A model generated the notes under the pieces. The model was given only the letters and a program-made list of their open reading frames with translations, was not told where the DNA came from and ran no database searches. Both the position numbers and the translations under genes were made by a program. Shown one piece after another: positions 38,201-46,478 of a stretch of 64,000 bases of DNA; the stretch's first letter is position 1; each line of letters begins with the position of its first letter. The stretch is from the NCBI GenBank assembly GCA_025774605.1, contig JALGVR010000002.1, positions 2,522 through 66,521 on the forward strand, in the 5' to 3' direction. The stretch is from a bacterium (lineage in GTDB: Bacteria; Electryoneota; AABM5-125-24; Hatepunaeales; Hatepunaeaceae).

Positions 38201-41012
38201 CCGGAGTGTGGTCTTCAAATCGAATAAACTGGGCTCCGAGGAAATATTCCTCGCCCGTCGCGGCAGTAATATCATAGGTATCGATCAGTTCCCAGGCATC
38301 GCCTCGTTGCGGTATGCCGTGCCCCCTGTCGGGATTTCCCATGCCGGGATGGTAATTCATATAGATCTGGTAATCGGTGTCCTCGTCGAAATCGTTGGTG
38401 ATGGTGATTTCGACCTCGGTCGTCTCGTCGAATCCCATCTCCTGTTCGAGGTCTTCGATCGGGTCGCCGTCCATCCTCAGCGACAGATGCGAGTCGTACG
38501 GATCCATCATCACCGGAAAGCTGTTGTCCTGCATCGCCTGGACGTTTATGACCATGTCGACCGATGCGAATCCCACCTTCTCCACATGAAGGGGATTCTC
38601 TCCGGCGGGCACAGCGTTGAGCCACGGCGTGCGCCCGGTCGCGTCCGTGTAACCCGACCAGACGTCCTCTATCTCGACGAGCGCGCCGGCGATCGCCATC
38701 TCACCCTCATCCCTGACCCTTACCTGAACACGACCGACGTCCGGGGCGAAGAGTGTCAGATCATCGATGAACCAACCGGCGTAGGGACGGAAGTTGCTGT
38801 CATCAGATCTGAAGTTCAGCCGGATTCTGACCCGCTGACCGACATAATCGTCCAAGTCGAAGTTCACCGCTTCCCAGCCGTCGGTTGCGCCGGAGAATCC
38901 CGCGTGACCGTCGAAGGCGAAGATGGTCTCCTCGGGATACCCGCCGCGTGGTGCGATTACAGCCCATCGCTCGCCGCCGTCGGTTGAGATTTCAACCCTG
39001 CCGCCGTCCCAGCCGGCTTCCATGTCCATGTAATGATTGAAACTCAGCCAGGCATAATCCATATCCTCGAGGTTGACAGGCGGCAGATTCAGGTACCAGT
39101 CAGCCAGGTCGGGGTAATCTTCATTCATCAGGGTTCCCCAGGCGCGTTCACCACTCGCCGCGCCGAACTCCGGCCCCCCCCACTCCCAGGCATCCGCCTG
39201 CGGCGATGAACCCAGACCGCCGTCATCATCCTCGAAGTCAAGGGCAAACGGGGCATCAACGGCTCCCACCGGCGTGACTGTAATTGGACCCGCCGGTTCG
39301 GACTCGCCATCTGGATCAACGTACGCCGCGCTGACGGCAAACTCATAATCCCGCCCGTTTTCAAGCTCTATCGCCGTGTACCGGTGCGCGTTGGTGAAAT
39401 CGTAGACCTCGTCATCGAGGTAAATACGGAATCCTTCGAGCTCATCACGTCGCGGCATATCGTCAATATCCCGATTGATGCGGGTGATTTCATCTCTGGC
39501 GGTGAAAATTCTTTCACATGCGCCGGCATCGGGTTTCCCACCGCTCCGCGTATCCGTCAGGCGGATGATCTCACGCTCCCGCTCCAGCACCATCCTCACG
39601 CCGCGCTGATCGAGCCGCGGCGCGACCCAACTGAGGGTGACTTCGCCATCCCCCGCTTCAGCCCGCAGATCCGCAGGCGGAGGAAACTCGGGAGGCGGCG
39701 AGCGGAAAAAAGAGACAATCCTGCACATCAACCGGCGTTTGGTGCCCTGATTACCGTCCGTCAAGGCGCCGTATTCGAACGATGCGCCGATCGCATGGTA
39801 ATCCTGGCCTTCGTATGACACCATTCCGACAAACTGATCATCTCCCTCGCGAAAGGTGAAAACCGCTTCCGCACCCGCGCGCGGCTCAAGGTGATCAACG
39901 CTCTCGTTGGCAAAAGCCCTGTAGCCGTTGAACGACAGCCCTTCGGCGAGGCTGCCCCGCAGACCCTCAACCGGCGGTTCAAGGCTGCCGCCGTCGGCGA
40001 TGCCACCGATGCCGAAGAGGGGATGAACGTCGGTGACGTCATCGCGACTCCACGTGTCCGACCCCTCCATGTAGAGAGCGCCTCCGCTCCGGAGGTAGGC
40101 GGCAAGTATCTCCCCCTCCCGTTCGCTCAACGGGTGGTAGTCTTCACCCTGGTCGCCGTAATTGCCGAGGTTCACAAACACGCCGTCGAACCGTTCCAGA
40201 TCAGCGGGCAGAGCCTCTTCATCACCGAGGCGCAGATGCGTAACCGAATGACCCAGTCCGGCCAGCGTCCGCTCCTGGGCATCCCCCGAAGCCGTGCTGG
40301 TGCCGGCATCCCAGACCATGTATTCACCCGGACCGTATCGGCTGATGAAAAATGCACTGTTGCCCGCGATATCTTCACCGTCACCGTTATACCTGATCGT
40401 AAATCCCTCTTCCCCATCAGCACCCTCCACACCGACAGTCCCCAGGTCCAGGTCGAAGGCTTCACCGACCGTCGCATACTGCATTATAATATCGCCGGTC
40501 GGTTGGAGTAAAACCTGCATGGTAACAGTGTTGGCGGGTGCATGTCCATCTTCGTTGCGCTCGGCGACAGCCGCGTACTGTACCACCAGCATGCCGTTGC
40601 GTCTGCCCCAGTAAACGGCACCGTCAGCCCAGAGCGCCTGTGGATCCAGATCCTTCCAGAAAAGTGCAATGATGTTATCGGGATTCTGAGCGTCGGGGAG
40701 ATCCTGGTTCACGGCGCTGCCGTAACCGCGTGGAGGCCCGAAGCCGATGAATCCGTTGGAACTGATCCAGAACTCCTCGTAAAGACGCCCGAAGAAAGGA
40801 AAGGCGAACCCGATCGGAAAGGGGCCCTGAAAATCGTTGTCGTGGATATCCTCAAGCCTCGCGCCGATGTCCTCGATCTCCAGCCAGTTGAACTCGGTCT
40901 CAAACAGGCGGTAATCAGGATCATCCCGCTGAGGATCACACAGGGCAGGGACTGTAGCTATGATCAGGAGTAAAAATAAGATGCTGTGATTTCCCAATCG
41001 GAATCGCGGCAT
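32292..41012 (-). CDS. giant multidomain secreted protein with T9SS C-terminal sorting domain
   Basis: 2906 aa. Signal peptide MPRFRLGNHSILFLLLIIATVPALC. C-terminus SVYPNPFNSRTSFNFGLP...VYLAELS is a T9SS sorting domain. Two choice-of-anchor-J-like segments end in GWFIDDLTLF and GWYIDDLALWG. Carboxypeptidase-regulatory-like beta-sandwich segments (GTVTDQDGAPVSEARV..., GTVTSVYDDTTMAGVEIAA...). Two blocks of beta-propeller/NHL-like repeats (GLRDLAYDG..., AIAYVPEEDVFW...). Near the C-terminus, a module similar to those of the 1896-aa protein (EFDFRIWDADTGEES). Confidence 0.8.
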   Translation of the reverse strand: MPRFRLGNHSILFLLLIIATVPALCDPQRDDPDYRLFETEFNWLEIEDIGARLEDIHDNDFQGPFPIGFAFPFFGRLYEEFWISSNGFIGFGPPRGYGSAVNQDLPDAQNPDNIIALFWKDLDPQALWADGAVYWGRRNGMLVVQYAAVAERNEDGHAPANTVTMQVLLQPTGDIIMQYATVGEAFDLDLGTVGVEGADGEEGFTIRYNGDGEDIAGNSAFFISRYGPGEYMVWDAGTSTASGDAQERTLAGLGHSVTHLRLGDEEALPADLERFDGVFVNLGNYGDQGEDYHPLSEREGEILAAYLRSGGALYMEGSDTWSRDDVTDVHPLFGIGGIADGGSLEPPVEGLRGSLAEGLSFNGYRAFANESVDHLEPRAGAEAVFTFREGDDQFVGMVSYEGQDYHAIGASFEYGALTDGNQGTKRRLMCRIVSFFRSPPPEFPPPADLRAEAGDGEVTLSWVAPRLDQRGVRMVLEREREIIRLTDTRSGGKPDAGACERIFTARDEITRINRDIDDMPRRDELEGFRIYLDDEVYDFTNAHRYTAIELENGRDYEFAVSAAYVDPDGESEPAGPITVTPVGAVDAPFALDFEDDDGGLGSSPQADAWEWGGPEFGAASGERAWGTLMNEDYPDLADWYLNLPPVNLEDMDYAWLSFNHYMDMEAGWDGGRVEISTDGGERWAVIAPRGGYPEETIFAFDGHAGFSGATDGWEAVNFDLDDYVGQRVRIRLNFRSDDSNFRPYAGWFIDDLTLFAPDVGRVQVRVRDEGEMAIAGALVEIEDVWSGYTDATGRTPWLNAVPAGENPLHVEKVGFASVDMVINVQAMQDNSFPVMMDPYDSHLSLRMDGDPIEDLEQEMGFDETTEVEITITNDFDEDTDYQIYMNYHPGMGNPDRGHGIPQRGDAWELIDTYDITAATGEEYFLGAQFIRFEDHTPAGYRLVASAGDFTAGACNLYYFHRDGQYIENVGMPNWMIQDWGLRDLAYDGRFIYGSDDPSIYEINPVNGNTREWDLEYDLLDVNRAIAYVPEEDVFWIGDRDDSWYKVNRDGEVVDIVDDHNLEGVVGMAWNPADPDGACLYVHNRESEDGGGAIYRYNTENGDLVRQIETVAEGEGFPGGAFVSPLYDTHRYVLGVVIQEPERDIVKLYELQPIDAWLTVDHSFGEIAGNAGQPLTLTFNSHGYVDIDLQADIEVHDLRADAVAEVRCFLMVNGGAGFLSGTVSLEGEGDVTQVELTLDDQSVNPDADGLYNFADGLYPGEYTLEARLEGFQDYSADIQLEPDGITQHDFSLSPLQSGTIHGTVTSVYDDTTMAGVEIAAISDDDDNFFALDTTDENGEYSLDLPVGVYDVVARLDGWRADPAEGIEVGDDDVIDRDFRMDDRMGVRSIRTDGNYDDHIDVFWLPAGSNGEMNELHYDDGALAGGAYMINRSDIIATRFDPPGVYDILSLSIYILTRDDQQRFGLDENGNNALFFKVFAENPDNGMPGDLIIDEWVDEHFGWNVDDGWTTIEIDDKRFLDGPIYFGWDRDPSRMYRDEEIGGLDQSFDHEGTCFLRIDDNWFEYNEFPGDMMVRMVIWNHFAGEEQRLSPSGSRIARAVQPAGADFSSVRLVNPAAPTAVMTGDPFDWRTIFERIRSPRRDLFLHYQIYVDDQLIDEEIHEPFWQHDVGSDHENEEYIYRVEAVYETGEELGDAEAAGVANMPPMPPGNWWILNDGNRFVLSWDFPLLNEDGSDCVDFAGVQVFMSDRLAAVVDGENNSWSGEIEEGGEGWYNFRLIAFDEVPNMSRPLDFTAPLGVSALYGFERNEDDIVEAEPRFDGWEWSRNALHGPRGAHSGSYYWATRPFEGHYEDDADWLLTTLTEFRVETDAARLDFYQYYATEAGHDGGQVLISVDDGEWRLLEPDGGYPDQSVAGLRNTPGFTGATDDWELVSFDLSQYRNSTIRLRWWFASDPSISWYAGWYIDDLALWGCRVPDYASALGTVTDQDGAPVSEARVTCGGTSGLTDDNGNFNLTGILPGEYTVIASKPGYRGVNIQVALEPAENRELHLEIYHPRLDVDADQFGYVLGGGDGLDLNVTLSNTGDEPQPYLVRLEASTGGMRDAGDDRLLRGTGQRLTPARDDPWDTLFDFNLTEITGLERIVGAEFAGDRFFVTSGDPHRSAAVVVLDRDGNAISIFNQPFEQVGWGLRDLAWDGSLLYGSQDGDICSFDLDGNGVGRFEGAPLALNRALAYDPEADAFWATEWGEAWYLVDRDSEVLYEWFDHGLSGVYGLAWYPGDRDDMPLYALNLEDDGRTGVYRANPYRDEIEQVHLMDGAPQGCFITGSWDGDLWVMGGIVGADPQRLVGLEIDERVGWLHVDPISGEIAPDDSEQISLTLRVPEDAHEGDDYTAVLNISAFGASQVAVDLELEIVEGMRHFDDPEQSELFMTLEIASVDLDGEALPISSEIAVLTPRGDVGGAMRWTQPPGELIAYWSDSGFRMGEEFDFRIWDADTGEESTPEAEFIEGAAIFRIGTEAVVRLTVTIPEEQTISLRSGWNLVSTYVDPFDPDITALLGAVNQDGNLVIVKDANGDFWWPRFNYNGLDDWDVLSAYLINVRQASRFDVVGNQIPPDTPIELDAGWSMVSYLLDHPVNCQVALTGIADDLVIIKNGHGAFYAPEYGYNGLGDLTPGKGYKLLMRAAAELIYNPGDDRELAAAIPGRESRILTASTGSDMSLLVIDPQHYFADDKLEVIVYAGNDGIEVGRSEAGVTCPVGVVVRGDDETTDYIDGARDGDRLSVAVYAGGNREICSTGLAAGDMVYRPDAITVLKLNLPDGRLPTEFTLGSVYPNPFNSRTSFNFGLPEACDVSLTLHDVNGRIVFRSAVEHLGAGWHRLDVDASGLPSSVYLAELSAGTGRITAKLVLLR

Positions 41013-41358
41013 GGAATTTCCTTGTGAAGGTGATTTTCGAATGCTTGGACGGCAACCGTGAATTAAATTTCACGATCCAAGACTGGAATATAATAAATAT
41101 TGTCGGTGAATGAAACCGGCTTCATCATATATCGGCGAAAAAATCGGCCGTTGAAACTAATGAACACAATAGTAAATCCCGGATATTTATGCGGCCGGTT
41201 AAAGCTGTATTGTCACGCTGAACGCAGTGAAGCATCTCAAGCGTTGTCAACATTAGATTCTTCACTTCGTTCGGAATGACACGGCTTCGTTCAGGATAAC
41301 ATGTTGAAATGCCGACTATAAGCTGCCCCCCGTAACCATAACCGCACCCTTTGATACT
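41013..41358 (-). promoter_or_regulatory. AT-rich intergenic region, probable promoter/leader of the 2906-aa gene
   Basis: About 345 bp at roughly 42% GC between the stop of the 922-aa gene and the start of the 2906-aa gene. Confidence 0.3.
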
Positions 41359-44127
41359 TCACCTGACGAGCAGCAGTTTGGCTCGTCTCGAGCGTACGCC
41401 GTCACTTAAACTCAGCAGGTAAACCCCGCTCGCCAGGTCGGCGGCGTTACAGCTGAAAACATGACCGCCCGGCTCCAGATTGATCCCTTCGAAGCCGTGC
41501 ACCCTTCTGCCGGTAAGATCGTAAAGCCGAAGCGTGACCGCTCCCACAGCCGAGTATCTGACATTGAAGGTGTTATTGAAAGGATTCGGATAGACGCTTT
41601 CAAGCTTGAATGTTGCGGGGCTGACCGGATTATCATCAACTTCAAAGGGTGTTCCGGTCAACCTGATGTGATCTATGAACCAGCCCTCCATTTCAACGGC
41701 GTTGTCGGACACGAACCGGAACCGGACCCCGAGTGTCCCCGGCGGTCCCTCGATCCGGATGCGGTCTGTTCGCCAGTCAAATTCACCGTTCCAACACATC
41801 CCGCCGGGAAATGAGCCGTTGTCAACCGCAGTTCCGTTGTAGCCGCCATCCGGCAGCGCCAGCTCCCAGCCGTCACCGCGGTTGATCTCGATCATGCCGC
41901 CGTCGTAATTCCCTTCAGCAGCCATCCGGTGACGCAGCACCAGGATCACATCATCTTCGAACATCATCAACGGCAGCTCCAACGCGGCGTCGGCATGAGG
42001 CAGGTACAACGAAGAATCCGCACCGCCGAAGGCGATGCCGCCCGTTCCGTCACCGGCGTCCCCGCCCCAGCGCCAGGAATTGTGATACCCCGGACTGATC
42101 GGATAACTGTTCAACCAGACCGGCTCAATATCCAGGGAATCGTCAAACGACATCTCCGCTGACAGCGGCAGGATGAACATCCCCCCTCCCCGACGCACTG
42201 TATCGCTGAACACCGTTGCACACAGCAGAACACCGCGCCCGACTTCAGGTACATCCGTCACCCGGTACCCGATCGGCCGGGACAGACCGATCGACCCCGG
42301 ATCCACGCCCGACAGATCTGCTTCACCGTCCCCCGGTAAAACCAGACTGTCCAGAGATTGAACGACAACCCGACACCCATCCGGCAGATCGTCCCCGCCG
42401 ATATTTGTGAGAGCCAGCGTTAAGCTCCCTGCTTCTCCAGGTCCAACCCAGCCGTCGTGGTTGCCTTCCACCTCGGCGAAATGAAACCCGACCGGTCTCA
42501 ACTCCGGGCTGAATATCTCAAGATATATCCGGTCATACCAAGGCTCCGCGCCGTGTGGCGTCATCCTGGTCAGCAGCTCGGCCCGGTGCCGGTCCGGGCA
42601 ATTTTCAGCAATGGATAATCTTAAACCGTCCACCGGGACGAACTCGTCAGGATTCAGCCCGTCGAAACGCCCCTCACCCTCGGTTACTTCCACGTAAGGA
42701 TCATCGGAGCTCAACAGAAGATCACCGCTTCCGACGGCATTCTCGGAACGATCGGTAAGTACGATCACCAGATCGATCGATTCACCGGCATCGGCTGAAC
42801 CATCACCATCGCCACCGTCTTCATCCTGGATAATGGACTCATGCACCCTGAGTCCCAGCGAGGGCTTCAGCGTGGGATCACCGAAATAGGTCATGCCGTA
42901 AAACCAGGAGCGCGACCAGTTCTCGTGCCCCGGCTGGTTGCCGTGCCGGGTGAACCACTGCCGGAACGCCTCGCCAAAGCTGTCGCCGTCGCCAAGGCGG
43001 CCGTAGTAGTCGTCGAAATACAGCATCGAGCCGGTCTTCGTCGATCCTACGGCGCCCAGACCGCAGGGACCTCCCAGCGCATACAGCGCCCCCATGGGAA
43101 GATTGGTCGCCAGGTTCATGTTTGAACAGGCATAAAGGTTGTAAAACATGACATCGGGCGAAACGTCGTCCCGGAGGTGGCGGAAGCGGAAGTAGTCCCG
43201 TGCGTGGCGTCCGTCGATCCAGAATATGTGCGTGTCCGCGGTCGAATGCACACACACCTGAACCAACTCGTAGCCGTCGCTCTCAAGCTCGCGACTGTAG
43301 TTGGCGACCGAGGTCGAATCCGGCTCGGCCACCGTATTGACCAGACCATAGGTCAGGGAAACATCGTCCCCCCATTCGTCGGAATATTCGACCCAGTCAT
43401 CGTCTATATAGCTCAGCGCGCGGTGGGGGAGGGTCAATTCACCGGTTCGATATCGATGCACCTTTTCAAGATACGCCGAAACAACGGCCTCCTCATCCAG
43501 TCGGCTCATGTTATAAGCGGGCAGCCGCCCGACCCAGATATCCGGCTGCCATGAACCCGCATGTACATCATACACGCCGTTGCCCGACGTATCCTGCCAC
43601 ACACCGTCGATGTCCATGAAAAACAGATCAACCGGAAACTGGACGAAGCGCGGATTGTCGGGTTCATCCTCGTCATCGAAGTATTCCTGCAGCTCAAACC
43701 ACGCCAGCGGCAGCTCGCCGGCAAGGATAACCCCCGCCAGATCCTCACCGCCCTCTTCGATCAACAGCTCCTTGAATTCAGCCGGTGTACCGCCCTCCAC
43801 GTCGAGCAGTGTAACGTCAAACCCCCGCTCGCCGAGATCGTCCGCAAATTGGTTGAAGCCTTCATCCAATTCGTTCAACAGCTGGTGATTGACCGCCAAG
43901 ACCACGGCTCCTTCCTGGTCCCTGTCGTTCCACCGGCGCTCAACGTCATGCAGAATCAACCTCCTCTCGGGAAACCTCGCCAGGTAATCGGTCCGGGTCG
44001 GCAACGGCGTACCGAGCAGGTTGCGGGTGACCGGAATGTCCCTTTCATCAGGGGTGCGTGCCTGAATTTGACGGGAGATCATCAGGAATAGAATCAGAAA
44101 CGACGCTGTAAGGATGGATTTCAACAT
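41359..44127 (-). CDS. C25 (gingipain)-like cysteine peptidase family protein with T9SS sorting domain; PorU-type sortase candidate
   Basis: 922 aa. Signal peptide MLKSILTASFLILFLMISRQIQA. The central region has His and Cys in caspase/clan-CD-like contexts about 40 residues apart (VCVHSTAD ... FYNLYACSNMN), preceded by a DIWVGRLP segment typical of C25 enzymes. Choice-of-anchor-J-like GWFIDHIRLTG. C-terminus SVYPNPFNNTFNVRYS...VYLLSLS is a T9SS sorting domain. Confidence 0.55.
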   Translation of the reverse strand: MLKSILTASFLILFLMISRQIQARTPDERDIPVTRNLLGTPLPTRTDYLARFPERRLILHDVERRWNDRDQEGAVVLAVNHQLLNELDEGFNQFADDLGERGFDVTLLDVEGGTPAEFKELLIEEGGEDLAGVILAGELPLAWFELQEYFDDEDEPDNPRFVQFPVDLFFMDIDGVWQDTSGNGVYDVHAGSWQPDIWVGRLPAYNMSRLDEEAVVSAYLEKVHRYRTGELTLPHRALSYIDDDWVEYSDEWGDDVSLTYGLVNTVAEPDSTSVANYSRELESDGYELVQVCVHSTADTHIFWIDGRHARDYFRFRHLRDDVSPDVMFYNLYACSNMNLATNLPMGALYALGGPCGLGAVGSTKTGSMLYFDDYYGRLGDGDSFGEAFRQWFTRHGNQPGHENWSRSWFYGMTYFGDPTLKPSLGLRVHESIIQDEDGGDGDGSADAGESIDLVIVLTDRSENAVGSGDLLLSSDDPYVEVTEGEGRFDGLNPDEFVPVDGLRLSIAENCPDRHRAELLTRMTPHGAEPWYDRIYLEIFSPELRPVGFHFAEVEGNHDGWVGPGEAGSLTLALTNIGGDDLPDGCRVVVQSLDSLVLPGDGEADLSGVDPGSIGLSRPIGYRVTDVPEVGRGVLLCATVFSDTVRRGGGMFILPLSAEMSFDDSLDIEPVWLNSYPISPGYHNSWRWGGDAGDGTGGIAFGGADSSLYLPHADAALELPLMMFEDDVILVLRHRMAAEGNYDGGMIEINRGDGWELALPDGGYNGTAVDNGSFPGGMCWNGEFDWRTDRIRIEGPPGTLGVRFRFVSDNAVEMEGWFIDHIRLTGTPFEVDDNPVSPATFKLESVYPNPFNNTFNVRYSAVGAVTLRLYDLTGRRVHGFEGINLEPGGHVFSCNAADLASGVYLLSLSDGVRSRRAKLLLVR

Positions 44128-44238
44128 GGAAATATGATTGGCTGTCCCCGCATTTGAAGGCTGATATTGTAAAATAGTACGATAATGAGGTGGAATTTGT
44201 GACGCCGGTCATATATGGATGAAAGAAACACTCGCTAA

Positions 44239-45543
44239 CTACCTGTCCAACTGCTTCTTGATCTCCCTTCGCTTTCGTGAAGCCGCGCTGAGCATGGCCC
44301 AGATCAATACAACTATCAACACGAGAACCAGTGACGATGGTATCCGGCTGTCACTCTTTTCACCGCGATCAGACCACTCCGGCATGGGATAAATATATCC
44401 GTCCGCGGCAAACTGGAGGGGCCACACGGTCACCCACCTGTCCCCGCGAAGCTGCACGGCGCAGGTATTCACCCGGTTTTGATTGGTGAAGCCGCGGTAG
44501 GTTTCAAACTTCACCCTGCCCAGCGCGGTAACCATATCGGTCTGCAACAGGCTGGCGCGGAAATCTTCTCGAGACACCGTGTCAACCCGGTTTAGCGCAT
44601 CCTGGATCACCTGTATCGCAGCAAAGGCTTCAGCCGCATGGTAGTCCGGCGGCTCGGTCGTTCGCTCCTGATACATCCGGACAAACTGTTCAACCCCCGC
44701 ATACGGATGCGTGAACCACCAGACCGCCGGCCCGTAGCTGTAATCAGCGGCTCCCTGGGCGGCGGATATTATTTTTCGATTAACCTGTTTGACGGTACCG
44801 ACCACAAACGCCGCCGGTGCAAACCCGGCATCCCGGCAACGGCGCATAAACCTGGCGATGTCTCCCGTATTGCCGAAGAGCCAGACGATCCCCGACTTCA
44901 GATGCCTGATCTCCGTCAACTGCCGGCTGAAATCGTTCTCACCGGCGACAAACGACAGATAGTCAACCTTTCCACTCCACTTGCCCGCCAGGTCCCGCTT
45001 TATATCGTTGACCGCATCCATCCACTGCGGTCGATCATCATACAGAACGACGATATTGCTGTGCACACCGGCCACCGTCACCGCCCACCCGATCAGACCA
45101 TCGTTATAATCCGAAGTAGGCGGAGCCAGACGAAACACATATCTGCCGGCTCGACGGGTGAGCGTATCAGCCGACGCAGAGATGATCAGGTACGGGATCC
45201 GGTGCAGCTCGGCGACGCGGGTAATCGCATCGCAGCAGGCGCTGGGATATCCTCCCGCCAGGGCAATGACATCCGGCGACTCCGCCAATCGCTCCGCTGC
45301 AACCCGGGCGCTGTCGGGGTTGTTGTAATTATCCGCGAAAACCAGTTCGAGTTGAGATCCGTCTTCAGGCGCGCTCACATCCAGCGCGGTCTCGAAGGCG
45401 AACCGTTCAAGGATGGCGATCCCAGCGTGAGCGCCGGTCTCGGGGAGTATTACGCCGATTTTCGTCGCCGCCTGCAGGAGACCGGCAGTGGCGAAAAAAC
45501 ATGATAAAATCAGGCTGACCAGCCCGATTCGCCGATTAATCAC
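44239..45543 (-). CDS. LivK-like periplasmic substrate-binding-fold protein with C-terminal transmembrane anchor
   Basis: Signal peptide MINRRIGLVSLILSCFFATAGLLQA. Type-1 periplasmic binding protein pattern (KIGVILPETG..., DVIALAGGYPS..., VVLYDD...). C-terminal hydrophobic helix LVLVLIVVLIWAMLSAA followed by a basic tail. Confidence 0.55.
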   Translation of the reverse strand: MINRRIGLVSLILSCFFATAGLLQAATKIGVILPETGAHAGIAILERFAFETALDVSAPEDGSQLELVFADNYNNPDSARVAAERLAESPDVIALAGGYPSACCDAITRVAELHRIPYLIISASADTLTRRAGRYVFRLAPPTSDYNDGLIGWAVTVAGVHSNIVVLYDDRPQWMDAVNDIKRDLAGKWSGKVDYLSFVAGENDFSRQLTEIRHLKSGIVWLFGNTGDIARFMRRCRDAGFAPAAFVVGTVKQVNRKIISAAQGAADYSYGPAVWWFTHPYAGVEQFVRMYQERTTEPPDYHAAEAFAAIQVIQDALNRVDTVSREDFRASLLQTDMVTALGRVKFETYRGFTNQNRVNTCAVQLRGDRWVTVWPLQFAADGYIYPMPEWSDRGEKSDSRIPSSLVLVLIVVLIWAMLSAASRKRREIKKQLDR

Positions 45544-45596
45544 GGATAAGCCCTCTAACTGTTGGGAGTGGTGAAGGGATGCGATTTCGCTTTAGC

Positions 45597-46355
45597 CTAA
45601 ACCAGCCAGTCAAAGTACTGTCTGATAAAGAATATGATTGAACCGATAATGGCAAGGTCGCTGATCTTCCCCCAGAGGTTGTGGACGGTCAGGAGAATGT
45701 TGTAGCCGATGCTGCAGATCACGAGAATACCGATACTGATCGTACCGATCTTCCGATAACGCTTGAGACTGGTAATGCCGAGCCGATCCATGTAGAGTCG
45801 AAAACGAACGTCCTCGGTCATGCGCGCGTCGAGGAAAAGCCCGACAACCGCCCAGCTGAACGCGAGGAAAAAGCTCGTGACCACCACGTAGGAGGGAAAG
45901 TACAGGAAGAAAAGTCTCGGTTTCAACCAGTAGAGACAGAAGACAAATGCGACAACCAGCGTGATATTGGTCGTCTTGCGTATGTTGCGAATAACCAGCC
46001 GTTCCTTGATAATGAAGTCAGAACCGCTCATCGAACGCAACGGCAGGTTGATCTTCATTACCATATCGAGGATCATCCCGCCGAAGAAGATGAAGATGAT
46101 GGAGATCAGAAGATTATCGCTCAGGTAGGTCACCAGAAAATCCCTGCCCAGGATTACCTCGATTACTCCGATAAGACCAAGCGTGATCCCGAACCAGACG
46201 CTCCAGAATATGGCACCTTTCTGGTTAAGGTATTCGGTGAGGTGTTCCTTGAGATAGAAGAGCTTACCGGGTTCAGGAAGCTTTTCGCCACAACGGGGAC
46301 ACTTCCAGGATACCGGTATTTTTGTAACATAAGTATGGCAGTGAGGGCATTTCAT
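45597..46355 (-). CDS. zinc-ribbon-containing polytopic membrane protein (hypothetical)
   Basis: N-terminus MKCPHCHTYVTKIPVSWKCPRCGEK (CxxC...CxxC), followed by about 6 predicted TM helices. Local GC is lower than the neighbours. Confidence 0.5.
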   Translation of the reverse strand: MKCPHCHTYVTKIPVSWKCPRCGEKLPEPGKLFYLKEHLTEYLNQKGAIFWSVWFGITLGLIGVIEVILGRDFLVTYLSDNLLISIIFIFFGGMILDMVMKINLPLRSMSGSDFIIKERLVIRNIRKTTNITLVVAFVFCLYWLKPRLFFLYFPSYVVVTSFFLAFSWAVVGLFLDARMTEDVRFRLYMDRLGITSLKRYRKIGTISIGILVICSIGYNILLTVHNLWGKISDLAIIGSIIFFIRQYFDWLV

Positions 46356-46478
46356 CGCGGTTCCCGTTCTGTTGGAGACATAACCTCAGTCTACGGTATT
46401 CGACCTTGTATACTGAATACTAAAGTTAACATACTGAAGACAAAATGCAAGCCTGGAACGGTTCGAGTGAGATTTTCG

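Noticed and set aside
46400-46460. tRNA-like T-loop (ggttcgagt)
   Set aside because: No acceptor or anticodon stems complete a cloverleaf. No tRNA, rRNA or tmRNA was recognisable anywhere in the window.
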